A stretch of 64,000 nt of DNA from an uncultured Nitrososphaeraceae archaeon (GCA_963779615.1 CAVZZA010000005.1:96001-160000), one strand, 5' to 3'; counted from the stretch's first letter, positions 1 to 9,993 are shown. A program made the numbers and translations. Notes: a model not told the origin generated them from the letters alone.

Positions 1-555
1 AATGTATCATTGGGTTTCATGACTCGAGAAAGAGCAAAGAGATTAAAATCTTTAGGTGTTAAGAGATATAATCATAACTTGGAAACCTCTGAAAGTTATT
101 TTTCACAAATATGCAAAACTCATGATTTTTCTGATAGGGTAAAAACTGCCAAAATAGTAAAAGAAGTAGGATTAGAATTGTGCTCGGGTGGCATAATTGG
201 TATGGGAGAGAGTCACAAACAGAGATTAGAACTTGGATTCTCTCTAAGATCACTACAACCAGACGAAGTTCCCATCAATATTTTAATATCTAGAGATGGA
301 ACTCCTCTTGCCAATTTAACACCATTGGATCCAATGGAAGCAATTAAAACAATTGCAGTATGGCGATTTATTATGCCAAAAACAATTCTAAAAATTGCTG
401 GAGGGAGAGAAGTTCACTTGAAGGACAAAGAAAAAATTGCACTCAAAGCAGGAGCTAATGGAATAATTACAGGAGGATATCTTACTACAGGGGGGAATGA
501 TTCTTACAAGGACATTACGATGATAAAAGAGATTGGGCTCAAGACAGAATTATAG
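1..555 (+). CDS. bioB: biotin synthase (5' truncated by window edge)
   Basis: YNHNLETS, CSGGIIGMGE, VPIN, IAGGRE, GANGIITGGYLTTGG motifs of BioB; adjacent to bioF. Confidence 0.95.
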   Translation, partial: NVSLGFMTRERAKRLKSLGVKRYNHNLETSESYFSQICKTHDFSDRVKTAKIVKEVGLELCSGGIIGMGESHKQRLELGFSLRSLQPDEVPINILISRDGTPLANLTPLDPMEAIKTIAVWRFIMPKTILKIAGGREVHLKDKEKIALKAGANGIITGGYLTTGGNDSYKDITMIKEIGLKTEL

Positions 556-1747
556 TAGAAATATACAAAATGACAAAAACAGATTCATTGAAAATGAGCT
601 ATTCAGGCTAAAAAAAGACGATCTTTATAGGAGGATAAAAATATTTGACATTGAAAAAGATTCAACCCTAAAATACATGGAAAACAAGGTTAATGATTTT
701 TCATCTAATGATTATTTAGGATTATCAAAATACAAAAGAAAACCGGGTCATTTAGACAAATTAATCCAACACCACACATCACAATGCAGTTCACGATTAA
801 TTTCAGGAAGCTCTTCTAAAATTAAAAGTCTTGAAATAAATTTATCCAGGCACCGTGATACTCAATCGACCTTGATTTTTGCAAATGGATATATGGCAAA
901 TCTGGGTGTTTTAAGTGCCTTAGGCGACAAAGATACAATAATTTTTAGTGATAATTTGAATCATGCAAGTATTATTGACGGATGCAGGCTTTCCAACAGT
1001 CAAGTAAAAATTTTTCCACACAATGCCTTTTCATTTTTAGAAAAATTAGTAAAAAAAAGCTATGTAAAAAAAAAAATAATAATAACAGAAGGAATTTTTA
1101 GCATGGATGGGGATTTCTCCAACCTAAAAGAAATATCTAAAATCTCAAAAGAAAACAACTGTTTTCTAATTGTAGATGATGCGCATGGCGATTTTGTTGT
1201 AGGTAGCAATAGTTTAAAAAACTATTCTGGGACGCCTGCGTTTTTTAATGTCTCAAAAGGAGTAGACATCCACATTAGTAGCTTGAGCAAGGGGTTAGGG
1301 TGTTTTGGCGGATATGTAAGTAGTTCTAGATTAATTTGTGAATACCTGATTAATAAATCGCGTCCGTTCATTTTTACATCAGCACTTCCAGATTTTTTGT
1401 GTGAAATAGCAAATTTATCTCTAGAAGCGGCAAAAGAAGGAAAACAACAAAAAAAACTTTATAAAAATATTGATTTGTTTTATAAAGTCCTGGAAGAAAA
1501 AAAGATTTATAATGTAAAAAAAGTCAGATATAGTCCAATAATTCCGATCATCATAGGGGATGAAAAAAAAGCTGTGGAAATATCCAGAAAGCTTTTGAAG
1601 AAAGGATTTTTTGTTCAGGCTATCAGGTACCCAACAGTAATGAAAAGTCAATCTAGATTGAGGGTTTCCCTATCAGCAGAACACTCAGATACTCAAATTA
1701 TAAACTTTGTAGAAGCATTAGGCAATGTTATGAGATCCCCAAATTAA
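533..1747 (+). CDS. bioF: 8-amino-7-oxononanoate synthase
   Basis: FSSNDYLGL, SRLISG, DNLNHASIIDG, EGIFSMDGD, DDAHG, SLSKG (PLP Lys), AIRYPTV; exact start uncertain. Confidence 0.92.
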   Translation: MGSRQNYSRNIQNDKNRFIENELFRLKKDDLYRRIKIFDIEKDSTLKYMENKVNDFSSNDYLGLSKYKRKPGHLDKLIQHHTSQCSSRLISGSSSKIKSLEINLSRHRDTQSTLIFANGYMANLGVLSALGDKDTIIFSDNLNHASIIDGCRLSNSQVKIFPHNAFSFLEKLVKKSYVKKKIIITEGIFSMDGDFSNLKEISKISKENNCFLIVDDAHGDFVVGSNSLKNYSGTPAFFNVSKGVDIHISSLSKGLGCFGGYVSSSRLICEYLINKSRPFIFTSALPDFLCEIANLSLEAAKEGKQQKKLYKNIDLFYKVLEEKKIYNVKKVRYSPIIPIIIGDEKKAVEISRKLLKKGFFVQAIRYPTVMKSQSRLRVSLSAEHSDTQIINFVEALGNVMRSPN

Positions 1748-1861
1748 TTATTTATTTTTTAATGTAGGTTTCTATGTTGCTACAAAAAAATTGCAAGTTA
1801 ATGTTTTACATTTCATAATTCGAGTTTTGAAAGATTATTTTGTAATTACATCTAAAACGTA

Positions 1862-2100
1862 ATTATCATAATTATAGTTATATTATCATAATTATAGTTA
1901 TATTATCATAATTATAGTTATATTATCATAATTATAGTTATATTATCATAATTATAGTTATATTATCATAATTATAGTTATATTATCATAATTATAGTTA
2001 TATTATCATAATTATAGTTATATTATCATAATTATAGTTATATTATCATAATTATAGTTATATTATCATAATTATAGTTATATTATCATAATTATAGTTA
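1862..2100. repeat. perfect 20-bp tandem repeat (TATTATCATAATTATAGTTA) x12
   Basis: Identical head-to-tail units with no spacers, read directly. Confidence 0.97.
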
Positions 2101-2204
2101 ACAATTTAAATTTTTATATATACCAAATTAAAGATCAAATATTGTGAAATAAACCAAAAAGAAAAATAAAAAAATATATTTTAATAACATTATAATACAA
2201 GTGG

Positions 2205-2897
2205 TTGAAAGGAGTAATTTTAGCGGGAGGGTTTGGAAAAAGACTCAAACCCATAACAGATAATCGTCCAAAACCAATGATAGAAATTTTAGATAAACCA
2301 ATCATTGAATGGCAGATAAAGCTTTTGGCAAAAAACAATGTAAGGGAAGTAATAATTTGTGTGGGTTATCTCAAAGAACAGATTATTGATTTTATTGCGA
2401 GTGGTAATAAATTCAATGTCAAGGTTGCATACACTGTAGAGGAAGAACCTTTAGGAACTGGGGGAGCATTAAAAAATACATATAGTCTCTTGAAGGATGA
2501 AAAAGAAGGCTTCTTTATGATAAATGGAGATATCCTAACTAATATAGACTTCAACATATTAGCTCATAAAAACGAATTCAATACTTTAGCAGTTGTACCC
2601 CTTCGAAGTCCTTACGGGATAGTAGACTTTGATGAGCAATCAAATGTAACAGGATTTAAAGAAAAACCCAACATAATTGATAAATGGATAAACGCCGGAG
2701 TATATTTTTTTAATCAGGATGTTTTTAACTATCTTCCTGACAAAGGAAATATAGAAACAACAGCTTTGCCGGCAATGGCAGATCAACAAAAACTGAAAGC
2801 AAGGAAATTTGAAAATTCTTTTTGGAAATCCATAGATTCTCATAAAGATATTGAAGAGTCATCAAAGGAATTGTCTAGAATTTATTCGCAACATTAA
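2205..2897 (+). CDS. NDP-sugar pyrophosphorylase family nucleotidyltransferase
   Basis: ILAGGFGKRLKP, PKPM, EPLGTGGAL, NGD, EKP motifs; TTG start. Confidence 0.9.
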   Translation: MKGVILAGGFGKRLKPITDNRPKPMIEILDKPIIEWQIKLLAKNNVREVIICVGYLKEQIIDFIASGNKFNVKVAYTVEEEPLGTGGALKNTYSLLKDEKEGFFMINGDILTNIDFNILAHKNEFNTLAVVPLRSPYGIVDFDEQSNVTGFKEKPNIIDKWINAGVYFFNQDVFNYLPDKGNIETTALPAMADQQKLKARKFENSFWKSIDSHKDIEESSKELSRIYSQH

Positions 2898-2898
2898 G

Positions 2899-3870
2899 AT
2901 GAAATTAAAAATAGGATTTAGCATAGGTTCTCTTTTACAAACAAAAAATGTTGTAGAGTTTTCGTCCAATATTGACAAACTTGAACATATTGATTCTATT
3001 TGGGTGCCAGAATCTTGGGGAAAGGAAGCATTTTCAACTTTGGGAGCAATTTCCCAGGTTACTTCAAATGTAAAGATAGGTACATCAATAATCAATATCT
3101 ATTCCAGAACACCTGCTACAATTGCAATGGGAGCAATTTCGATAGATAAATTATCTAATAATAGGATGATAATAGGTTTGGGTGCGAGTACAGCTTCCAT
3201 TGTAGAAAATCTACATGGTCTCAAATATAGTGATCCAATAGAGAGGATGAAAGAATACATACAATCAATTAGATCACTTATTCGTTCAGAAGAAAAGACA
3301 AGTTATGATGGAAAAATAGTTAAAATTAATAACTTTAAGATTTTAGAAAAATCTCGAGCACAAATCCCAATCTATATAGCTGCGGTAAATAAAAAAATGA
3401 TCCATATTGGACTAAAATATGCAGATGGATTATTATTTTATTTAAGACCTATAAATGAAATTAAAAGTCTACTTTATGATCTTAAAAAAAAAATGAAGAT
3501 CCATTCATCATTAGTATTAATAACATCAGTATCAAATAAAGAACCACAAATGGCAAAAAAGAGAGCAGCAAAAACCCTTGCTTTTTATATATCTGTTGGG
3601 AGAATCTATTATAATTTCCTTTCTAGAACAGGTTTTAAAATAGAGGTAGATAAAATTTATAAGGATTATCACAATCATGGTGTAGAAAGATCGATTGAAA
3701 ATATACCAACAAAAATGTTAGATGATCTAGTAATATATGGTTCAGTTAATGATTGCAACTACCAAATAAAAAAATTTATCAACACAGGAATAGATTTGCC
3801 AATATTGCAGGTAAATCCTATTGAGGATAAGAATGGACAATTAAATTATAAGGACTTCTTGGAACTATGA
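2899..3870 (+). CDS. LLM-class (luciferase-like, probably F420-dependent) oxidoreductase
   Basis: DSIWVPESWG, KIGTSIINIYSRTP, IIGLGAS, IPIYIAA; in-frame ATG at 2899 just after the upstream stop is preferred to the 2851 start. Confidence 0.88.
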   Translation: MKLKIGFSIGSLLQTKNVVEFSSNIDKLEHIDSIWVPESWGKEAFSTLGAISQVTSNVKIGTSIINIYSRTPATIAMGAISIDKLSNNRMIIGLGASTASIVENLHGLKYSDPIERMKEYIQSIRSLIRSEEKTSYDGKIVKINNFKILEKSRAQIPIYIAAVNKKMIHIGLKYADGLLFYLRPINEIKSLLYDLKKKMKIHSSLVLITSVSNKEPQMAKKRAAKTLAFYISVGRIYYNFLSRTGFKIEVDKIYKDYHNHGVERSIENIPTKMLDDLVIYGSVNDCNYQIKKFINTGIDLPILQVNPIEDKNGQLNYKDFLEL

Positions 3871-4967
3871 GAATCGGGATTGATTCCGGAGATACCCTAG
3901 AATATCAAAAATTTTCGGACCAGACTTTACCAGATTTGGCATGCAAGTCAATAATCAACCTTTTAAAAAAATCAAAAATAGAGAAACGTGAAGTAGATGG
4001 ATTGATTGTATCTTCTTGCTCAAATGAACAATATTTAGGCAGTATTATATCAGAGATGACTAACTTAAATCCTAAAATCTGCACCAAAGTAGAGAATCTA
4101 TGCAATTCTGGAACTACCGCAATTTTTTTAGCATATTCGTTAATTCTTTCAGGCATGTGTAATGCAATAATTGTTACAGGTGCTGAAAAACAAAACAGCC
4201 CTGGAAATAAACTCCTGTGGGACATAACAAGAGGAGTGTATGATTTACCAATACACTGGGCATCGCTCTTTGCAAAAACTCATTTTAGAAACTTCAACAC
4301 ATCAGAAGAAGACTTGGCTTTAATTTCAGAAAAAAACCACAAAAACGCAAATAAAAATCCTAATGCCTTGTATTATAACAAAAAATTTAGTTTTCCTGAT
4401 ATTATGAGTTCAAAAAAAATTGTCGATCCTTTAAAAATACTCGACTGCTGTTACCCATGTGAGGGAGCTTCCTCGATATTATTAGTATCAGAAAAATACG
4501 CAAAAAAATCGGAAATACCGATATGGATTAAAGGAATTTCACAAAATAACCAAGGTGCGAGTTTCTCCAACATTTCCTCTGATCTTCGGTCAATCACTAC
4601 CACAAAAATTGCTTCAAAAGAAGCATTTAACCAAGCTAAATTAAAACCCTCAGATATAGATATTGTAGAACTTCATGACGCTTTTACGATAATGGAACTT
4701 ATGGCTTATGAAGATATAGGTTTTATAGAGAAAGGAAAAGGCACAAGTTTTATAAAACAAGACAGAATTCACATCAATACCAGAGGAGGTCTAATTGGAT
4801 GTGGACATCCTATTGGAGCTACAGGTATAGACCAAACTAATGAAATAGTTCTCCAACTACAAGGTAAAGCTCCTAATGGAAGACAAAGAAAAAACTGTTC
4901 AAGAGGTTTAATTCATAACATGGCTGCTGCAGGAACGTCGTCAACAATTATATTATTAGAAAAATAA
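3867..4967 (+). CDS. thiolase family protein (SCP2-type acetyl-CoA acyltransferase)
   Basis: ENLCNSG catalytic Cys, ELHDAF, GGLIGCGHPIGATG, C-terminal HNMAA. Confidence 0.92.
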   Translation: MRIGIDSGDTLEYQKFSDQTLPDLACKSIINLLKKSKIEKREVDGLIVSSCSNEQYLGSIISEMTNLNPKICTKVENLCNSGTTAIFLAYSLILSGMCNAIIVTGAEKQNSPGNKLLWDITRGVYDLPIHWASLFAKTHFRNFNTSEEDLALISEKNHKNANKNPNALYYNKKFSFPDIMSSKKIVDPLKILDCCYPCEGASSILLVSEKYAKKSEIPIWIKGISQNNQGASFSNISSDLRSITTTKIASKEAFNQAKLKPSDIDIVELHDAFTIMELMAYEDIGFIEKGKGTSFIKQDRIHINTRGGLIGCGHPIGATGIDQTNEIVLQLQGKAPNGRQRKNCSRGLIHNMAAAGTSSTIILLEK

Positions 4968-5315
4968 ATGAATTTAAAAGAATCAATATTAAAAAAAATC
5001 AAAGATGATATTTTTTTAATTACTTATTGTACGAAGTGTAAAAAGTATAATTGGCCCCCAAGTTATAATTGCAAATATTGCTTTAAAAAAACCATATTAA
5101 AAAAATTATTCAATAAAGGTAAACTATTAGAAGTGTCATATTCTCATCTACCTGATCAAAATAATTATTTTGGTATCGGAGAATTCTCAGGAATAAGAAT
5201 TTTAGGAATGGTTGAAGGGGACATCAAAATAAATGATGCAATCGTAATATCTAAAATAAAAGTAGATAATGACAAAATATCAGTTGAATTTAACAAATCA
5301 AAAAGAAAAAAATAA
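4968..5315 (+). CDS. DUF35-type Zn-ribbon/OB-fold thiolase partner
   Basis: CxxC...WPP...CxxC followed by OB-like strands; abuts the thiolase stop codon. Confidence 0.82.
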   Translation: MNLKESILKKIKDDIFLITYCTKCKKYNWPPSYNCKYCFKKTILKKLFNKGKLLEVSYSHLPDQNNYFGIGEFSGIRILGMVEGDIKINDAIVISKIKVDNDKISVEFNKSKRKK

Positions 5316-5349
5316 AATAATTATTAACAAGTAGAATGTTCAAAATACA

Positions 5350-5706
5350 ATGGATTATGAAGGTTATCTTAGCGATAGAGAACTGATCAGTAGAGATGCA
5401 TTTCATAAAAAACAACTAAAAATAAAAGTGATGGAAATTAACGAGAATACTCGTGATTATTCAAAATATGGAGACAGAGTGCTCATCAATAAAATTTTAG
5501 TAATAATTCAAAACTTAGAAACCGATGTAATCGAAGAAAAGGAGATAGATATAGAGGAATTAGAAAATAGAATGAAAAAAGAAAGACTATTCACATCTTC
5601 CAACAGATGGGTTCCTAGAAGCGAAATAAGAAATAAATTTATTGTAGGACATAGGCATTTTTTTCTTTTATCTGATGCAATTTCATTAGATATAATATCC
5701 TTTTAA
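5350..5706 (+). CDS. hypothetical protein
   Basis: Clean 118-aa ORF, co-oriented with upstream cluster. Confidence 0.75.
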   Translation: MDYEGYLSDRELISRDAFHKKQLKIKVMEINENTRDYSKYGDRVLINKILVIIQNLETDVIEEKEIDIEELENRMKKERLFTSSNRWVPRSEIRNKFIVGHRHFFLLSDAISLDIISF

Positions 5707-5724
5707 TTTTTTATTGTAAAATAG

Positions 5725-5826
5725 CGCCGCTGATCAGACTCGAACTGATGACCTACTGGTTAACAGCCAGCTAAGCTTCATAATTAAAAATTATGAATTT
5801 GCTCTACCAAGCTGAGCTACAGCGGC
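5725..5826 (-). tRNA. tRNA-Asn(GTT) with 28-nt intron (5771-5798) at non-canonical position ~27/28
   Basis: Minus strand GCCGCTG acceptor pairs with CAGCGGC; D arm GCTCAGCTTGGTAGAGC; anticodon loop CTGTTAA; GTTCGA T loop; insert folds as a BHB-type motif; CCA not encoded. Confidence 0.93.
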
Positions 5827-5983
5827 ACTAGTCTATAAAAAAATAAAAGAATAATTAAATGTTACGATAATCATATATAGAAACGATAATTTCACATATT
5901 GTAAACTTATCAATAATAATGCATATTTATAAATATATACATACAAAAACTGGCATAATTTTTAAGTGAATTAAAAAAATTAT

Positions 5984-6526
5984 TTATTCTTTTGAATAAA
6001 TATATACTCCGTCAAGAAACACCCTAGAATCCTTATTTTTTATTCGTGTTGCCAACTCCAGATTGGCTGCTGATTGAGAAACATTTTCAATATTAGGACC
6101 TGTTATTACCACATCCTCTCCCTCTACAGTAACCTTTGTATCGCTACCTACAATTTTAGAAGTTCTTGCAGATCTTTCTCCAAAGAAATTTTCAACATAT
6201 ATTTCACGATTTTTAACTTTTACAGTAATAGGAAAGTGCGCAAAAACTATTTTAAGTCTGTATGTAAAGCCTTTACTTGAGCCCTTTATCATATTATTAA
6301 TCACACTCTGAATAGTATTTACTAAAGCAAAGTCTTTTTTTCTATTACCATGCGATTTTATGGTAATTTTATTTCCTTGCAAATCTATATTAGCTGGCAT
6401 TTTAGTAAAGTCCTTTTGAACAGAACCATATGAGCCTTTTGTTGTTAATACGTTCTGATCTTTAGTAATTGATACCTCGGAAGGTAATACAATCTCATTT
6501 TCAAAGAATTCAGGCTTAATAGACAT
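5984..6526 (-). CDS. rpl6: 50S ribosomal protein L6
   Basis: FAHFP, NFFGER, KDSRVFLDGVY. Confidence 0.97.
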   Translation of the reverse strand: MSIKPEFFENEIVLPSEVSITKDQNVLTTKGSYGSVQKDFTKMPANIDLQGNKITIKSHGNRKKDFALVNTIQSVINNMIKGSSKGFTYRLKIVFAHFPITVKVKNREIYVENFFGERSARTSKIVGSDTKVTVEGEDVVITGPNIENVSQSAANLELATRIKNKDSRVFLDGVYIYSKE

Positions 6527-6917
6527 ACCCGATTAAAGCACCTCCCAAATTTCCATCCTGAGCTTCATGATGAGACATTATACCATTACTAGTAGAGACT
6601 ATCAATATACCCATATTATAAGAAGGTAAAAATTGACGTTCCCAAAACAAATACTTATCTTTCCTTACACTAAATCTAGGGGTAATTATACCACATTTAT
6701 TTATCTTTGCCAATAGCTGGATCCTGAACTTACCTGTACGCCCATCGTCAACTTGTTCAAACTCACCTATGTACCGATATTTTTGCATGACACGCAATAC
6801 TTCACTTGCGAATGTTGAAGCAGGCAAAACAATACACTCCCTCTTTCTTCTCATTTCATTGTTATACAAAGTCGTAAATAAATTAGATAAAACATTTAAT
6901 GCCGGCATTACATCCAC
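6516..6917 (-). CDS. rps8: 30S ribosomal protein S8
   Basis: YIGEFE.VDDGR.GK, INKCG.I.PRF, STSNGIMSH. Confidence 0.97.
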   Translation of the reverse strand: MDVMPALNVLSNLFTTLYNNEMRRKRECIVLPASTFASEVLRVMQKYRYIGEFEQVDDGRTGKFRIQLLAKINKCGIITPRFSVRKDKYLFWERQFLPSYNMGILIVSTSNGIMSHHEAQDGNLGGALIGYVY

Positions 6918-7100
6918 CTATTCGTATTTCCTAAATCCCAATGAAAACGCCACTTCCCTAAAACACTTTCTACATAACATCAAATCATAAGCGCATATAA
7001 GTCCACTAAAAGAACCGCATCTTTTGCACCATCTTGTTCCTTTGCCATGAGCGAGTTTTTTTCTGCCCGTTAAATCATAGTCTCTAATTTTAATTTTCAT
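6918..7100 (-). CDS. rps14: 30S ribosomal protein S14 (Zn-binding)
   Basis: CKRCG...LCRKCFREVA..LGFRKY. Confidence 0.96.
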   Translation of the reverse strand: MKIKIRDYDLTGRKKLAHGKGTRWCKRCGSFSGLICAYDLMLCRKCFREVAFSLGFRKYE

Positions 7101-7615
7101 ACCACATCAACTCCAAATTTATTCTTGAAAAAATCGATTGCCTCATCTTTTGTAATTTTATGTTTTTTACCTATTTTTGAAGGATTTCTTTTCTTTGAGA
7201 CCCGATAACCAGGCCTTGTCAAAGATGTACATATATCCATTCCAAAAATTCCAATGTCAGGATTGTACTTTGTTCCAGGTATATCGATATGATCGTGAAT
7301 TCCAAGCGACAAATTACCATTATTATCAAAAGATGTAGATTTTATCACATTCTTTTTTGCTTCCATAATACGCCTTAAAAAGTTTATGGCATCAGTTCTT
7401 CGTAAGGTTACCATGGTCCCGATTGGCTCTCCCTTGTGTATATTGAAATCTCTAACACTTTTTTTTGCCCCTCGAACACTAGGTGTATGCCCAGTTAATT
7501 CAGATAATGCACTTTTTGCACGTTCTAGGGGTTCTCCGGCTTTACCGACTCCAATATTAATGACAACCTTAAACAAGGATATTTCTTTCATCGGATTTGA
7601 TAAATTATCGCTCAT
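7097..7615 (-). CDS. rpl5: 50S ribosomal protein L5
   Basis: NPMKEI..KVVINIGVG, FDNNGN, YNPDIGIFGMD, RPGYRV. Confidence 0.97.
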   Translation of the reverse strand: MSDNLSNPMKEISLFKVVINIGVGKAGEPLERAKSALSELTGHTPSVRGAKKSVRDFNIHKGEPIGTMVTLRRTDAINFLRRIMEAKKNVIKSTSFDNNGNLSLGIHDHIDIPGTKYNPDIGIFGMDICTSLTRPGYRVSKKRNPSKIGKKHKITKDEAIDFFKNKFGVDVV

Positions 7616-8331
7616 CAGCTAAAAACCTCCAGAATAGGCCTATCGTTTCCTATAGGCATTACAATATTCACTGGTAGTTCAACCGATCTGTCATCAAAAT
7701 TCACTATTGTTCTCTTTGGTAATGAAAACATTCCATTTTTTATTTCCTCTACTTTACCTATTCTTCCAGCGTTTTCCCCTTGAACGACCAAGACTGTACA
7801 ACCCACATCAAACTTGATATGACTTTCGATTTGTATATTTGGCAATCTTACCAAACAAACATCTCCTACACTCATTTTTTTATCCTCAGAAATTAATGTC
7901 TTACCATCGTGAAAACCATATTGAATTTTATTGCCTTTGATACAAACTTTTTTAGTTACTTTTAATAATTTAACTCCTTTTTCTTTTGTTTTGACAGGAA
8001 CTAAGATTTTTAAATCTTTAGGGATTAGTCTATACGCGTCTCCACTAGGAATGACTTCAACAATATCCATGATACCAACACCAAAATGTACGTCTCTTCT
8101 TATTACGCCATCCACCTTTATTTGCCCGGAATTCATAATTATTTTTGCTTCTTGTAAATTACGACACAAATGCAAAACATCACGCAGCAATACCCCAATA
8201 GGATAACATCTATCTTTTGCATATGGACCAGGACTTACAGATAATATGAATGGATGCCCTTTTCTTTTTATTTGCCAGAATTTTGGCGCCATTTGTCTTT
8301 TTGTTTTTGTACTTCCACTTTTTCTTACCAT
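7615..8331 (-). CDS. rps4e: 30S ribosomal protein S4e
   Basis: KRQMAPKFW, SPGP, VDGVIRRD, HDGKT, GENAGRIG. Confidence 0.96.
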   Translation of the reverse strand: MVRKSGSTKTKRQMAPKFWQIKRKGHPFILSVSPGPYAKDRCYPIGVLLRDVLHLCRNLQEAKIIMNSGQIKVDGVIRRDVHFGVGIMDIVEVIPSGDAYRLIPKDLKILVPVKTKEKGVKLLKVTKKVCIKGNKIQYGFHDGKTLISEDKKMSVGDVCLVRLPNIQIESHIKFDVGCTVLVVQGENAGRIGKVEEIKNGMFSLPKRTIVNFDDRSVELPVNIVMPIGNDRPILEVFS

Positions 8332-8351
8332 TTATTAATCACTCCCAAACC

Positions 8352-8732
8352 TCATTCTTTTTCTGCTTTCCTATTACCTTGTTTTCCAGATTTATTAATT
8401 TGTTCCTTATTTCCAAATTTATTTTTCCTATAGTTATCATCCATGTTTAATGATGAAATTTTCACATTAGAAGCATGAATAAGAACTTTTACCTGGCCAC
8501 CTTTAATTTTTTCACGCTGAACCCCTTCAATACTTAATTTCCCTTTATCGGTATTAATTTTTTCAACCTTACCCTCAACTCCTTTATATTCTCCACGCAT
8601 GATTCTTACGGTATCGCCTTTCACAACACTAGTACTTTTTTTATTATATTGCTTTTTCAAATTGTCAGCAAGGTTGGAACAAACCGATGAACTAAACTTA
8701 CTTGCATCTTTTTTTGTAATCATAAATATCAT
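8352..8732 (-). CDS. rpl24: 50S ribosomal protein L24
   Basis: KOW motif KGDTVRIMRGEYKG, IHASNV; operon position. Confidence 0.94.
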   Translation of the reverse strand: MIFMITKKDASKFSSSVCSNLADNLKKQYNKKSTSVVKGDTVRIMRGEYKGVEGKVEKINTDKGKLSIEGVQREKIKGGQVKVLIHASNVKISSLNMDDNYRKNKFGNKEQINKSGKQGNRKAEKE

Positions 8733-9167
8733 CTATATAATCATGGAGGCTAAATTAGCTATTCTGGGCCATTTTTCCGCGGCCTCTGCGGCTACTGGTC
8801 CTTTAATATCAGTGCCTTTGATTTCACCTTCTTTTGTTACTAATACAGCAGCATTATCTTCAAAAGAAACCCTAACTCCATTTAGCCGTCGAATAGCATA
8901 CTTTTGTCTTACAACTACTGCACCAAAAATTTGTTTCCTTAACTCAGCAGGGCCTTTTTTGACTGTTACTGTTACAAAGTCTCCAACAGCAGCAGAGGGT
9001 AACCTTGAATGCCTACCTTTAATTCGAGTAACCTGTGCAATTTGCAATATTTTTGCGCCAGTATTATCAGCACAAACTAAATTAGCATATAATGGAAGAG
9101 ATCTTGTTACATAAGGTCTAAACTCAGCTACTCCCCTTGATGATACGGCTCTTGATTTTGATGACAT
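8733..9167 (-). CDS. rpl14: 50S ribosomal protein L14
   Basis: CADNTGAK, FEDNAAV, IKGPVAAEAAEKWP. Confidence 0.97.
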   Translation of the reverse strand: MSSKSRAVSSRGVAEFRPYVTRSLPLYANLVCADNTGAKILQIAQVTRIKGRHSRLPSAAVGDFVTVTVKKGPAELRKQIFGAVVVRQKYAIRRLNGVRVSFEDNAAVLVTKEGEIKGTDIKGPVAAEAAEKWPRIANLASMII

Positions 9168-9169
9168 CT

Positions 9170-9502
9170 TTATTCATTTACCTCCACAACGGCAAAAGAA
9201 ATTGTTTTTGATAAAGGCCTACATTCTGCTATTTTTACCTTGTTCCCCTCCGTAGCATCAATACAATCTGAAATGAATGCATGGATCCTTGACTGACTCC
9301 TTTCATATCTTTTATATTTGCTAACAAAACGAGAATATTCGCGTTCAACAACTACCATATTTTTTGCTTTATGGCTCACTATAGTTCCTGAAACTAATTT
9401 TCCCCGTAAAGAGAGTGAACCACAAAATGGGCAGATTTTATTGGTGCATGTCCTTTTTGGAGATTTAACCTGAATACCTATATTTTTAACCATATCAATC
9501 AC
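9170..9502 (-). CDS. rps17: 30S ribosomal protein S17
   Basis: CPFCG.L..RG, KYKRYER, AECRPLSKT. Confidence 0.96.
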   Translation of the reverse strand: MIDMVKNIGIQVKSPKRTCTNKICPFCGSLSLRGKLVSGTIVSHKAKNMVVVEREYSRFVSKYKRYERSQSRIHAFISDCIDATEGNKVKIAECRPLSKTISFAVVEVNE

Positions 9503-9780
9503 TTAATTCTTGAAATTTTTTCCTCTGGTCTACCTAACAATGTTTTTCCATTTATAAAGTAATCTCCAGATGCCAGAATCACTTTAAATACTTTAATTTC
9601 ACGCTTTGGTATTTTTTTTACATCAGCTATTTTTTTTTTATTTGATAAATAAATCATATTTTTGGTTTCGTTAACAATAATACCCGTCTTATCGGTATTA
9701 AATTTATTTGTGCTTTTTAATATTTTAATTTTTTTCCCGAGAATATTCACAATTTGAAATCCTGTAGAAGGTAGAGGCAT
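9499..9780 (-). CDS. rnp1: ribonuclease P protein component 1 (Rpp29/Pop4)
   Basis: G.IVNETKNM and LLGRPEEKI motifs; canonical position between rpl29 and rps17. Confidence 0.88.
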   Translation of the reverse strand: MPLPSTGFQIVNILGKKIKILKSTNKFNTDKTGIIVNETKNMIYLSNKKKIADVKKIPKREIKVFKVILASGDYFINGKTLLGRPEEKISRIK

Positions 9781-9992
9781 TATTTGACTAACCTACCTGT
9801 ACGTTCGTTGAATATAGTTAACACTCGAGCAATATCTCTTCGCTTCCATCTAATAACACCGGCTTCTTTTTTTAAAGTACCTTTTGAACCCTCTGAACGC
9901 AATTTAGCTAAATCAACCTTTAAATCTTCAAGTTTACCTTGGAGATCAGAGTCATTGAATTCCCTTAATGTTTTAGTTTTATTTCTTGCCAT
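9780..9992 (-). CDS. rpl29: 50S ribosomal protein L29
   Basis: LRE...L...L..LK..L, RRDIARVLT. Confidence 0.95.
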   Translation of the reverse strand: MARNKTKTLREFNDSDLQGKLEDLKVDLAKLRSEGSKGTLKKEAGVIRWKRRDIARVLTIFNERTGRLVK

Positions 9993-9993
9993 G

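Noticed and set aside
1862-2100. CRISPR array
   Set aside because: Units are contiguous with no spacers, and no cas genes are present
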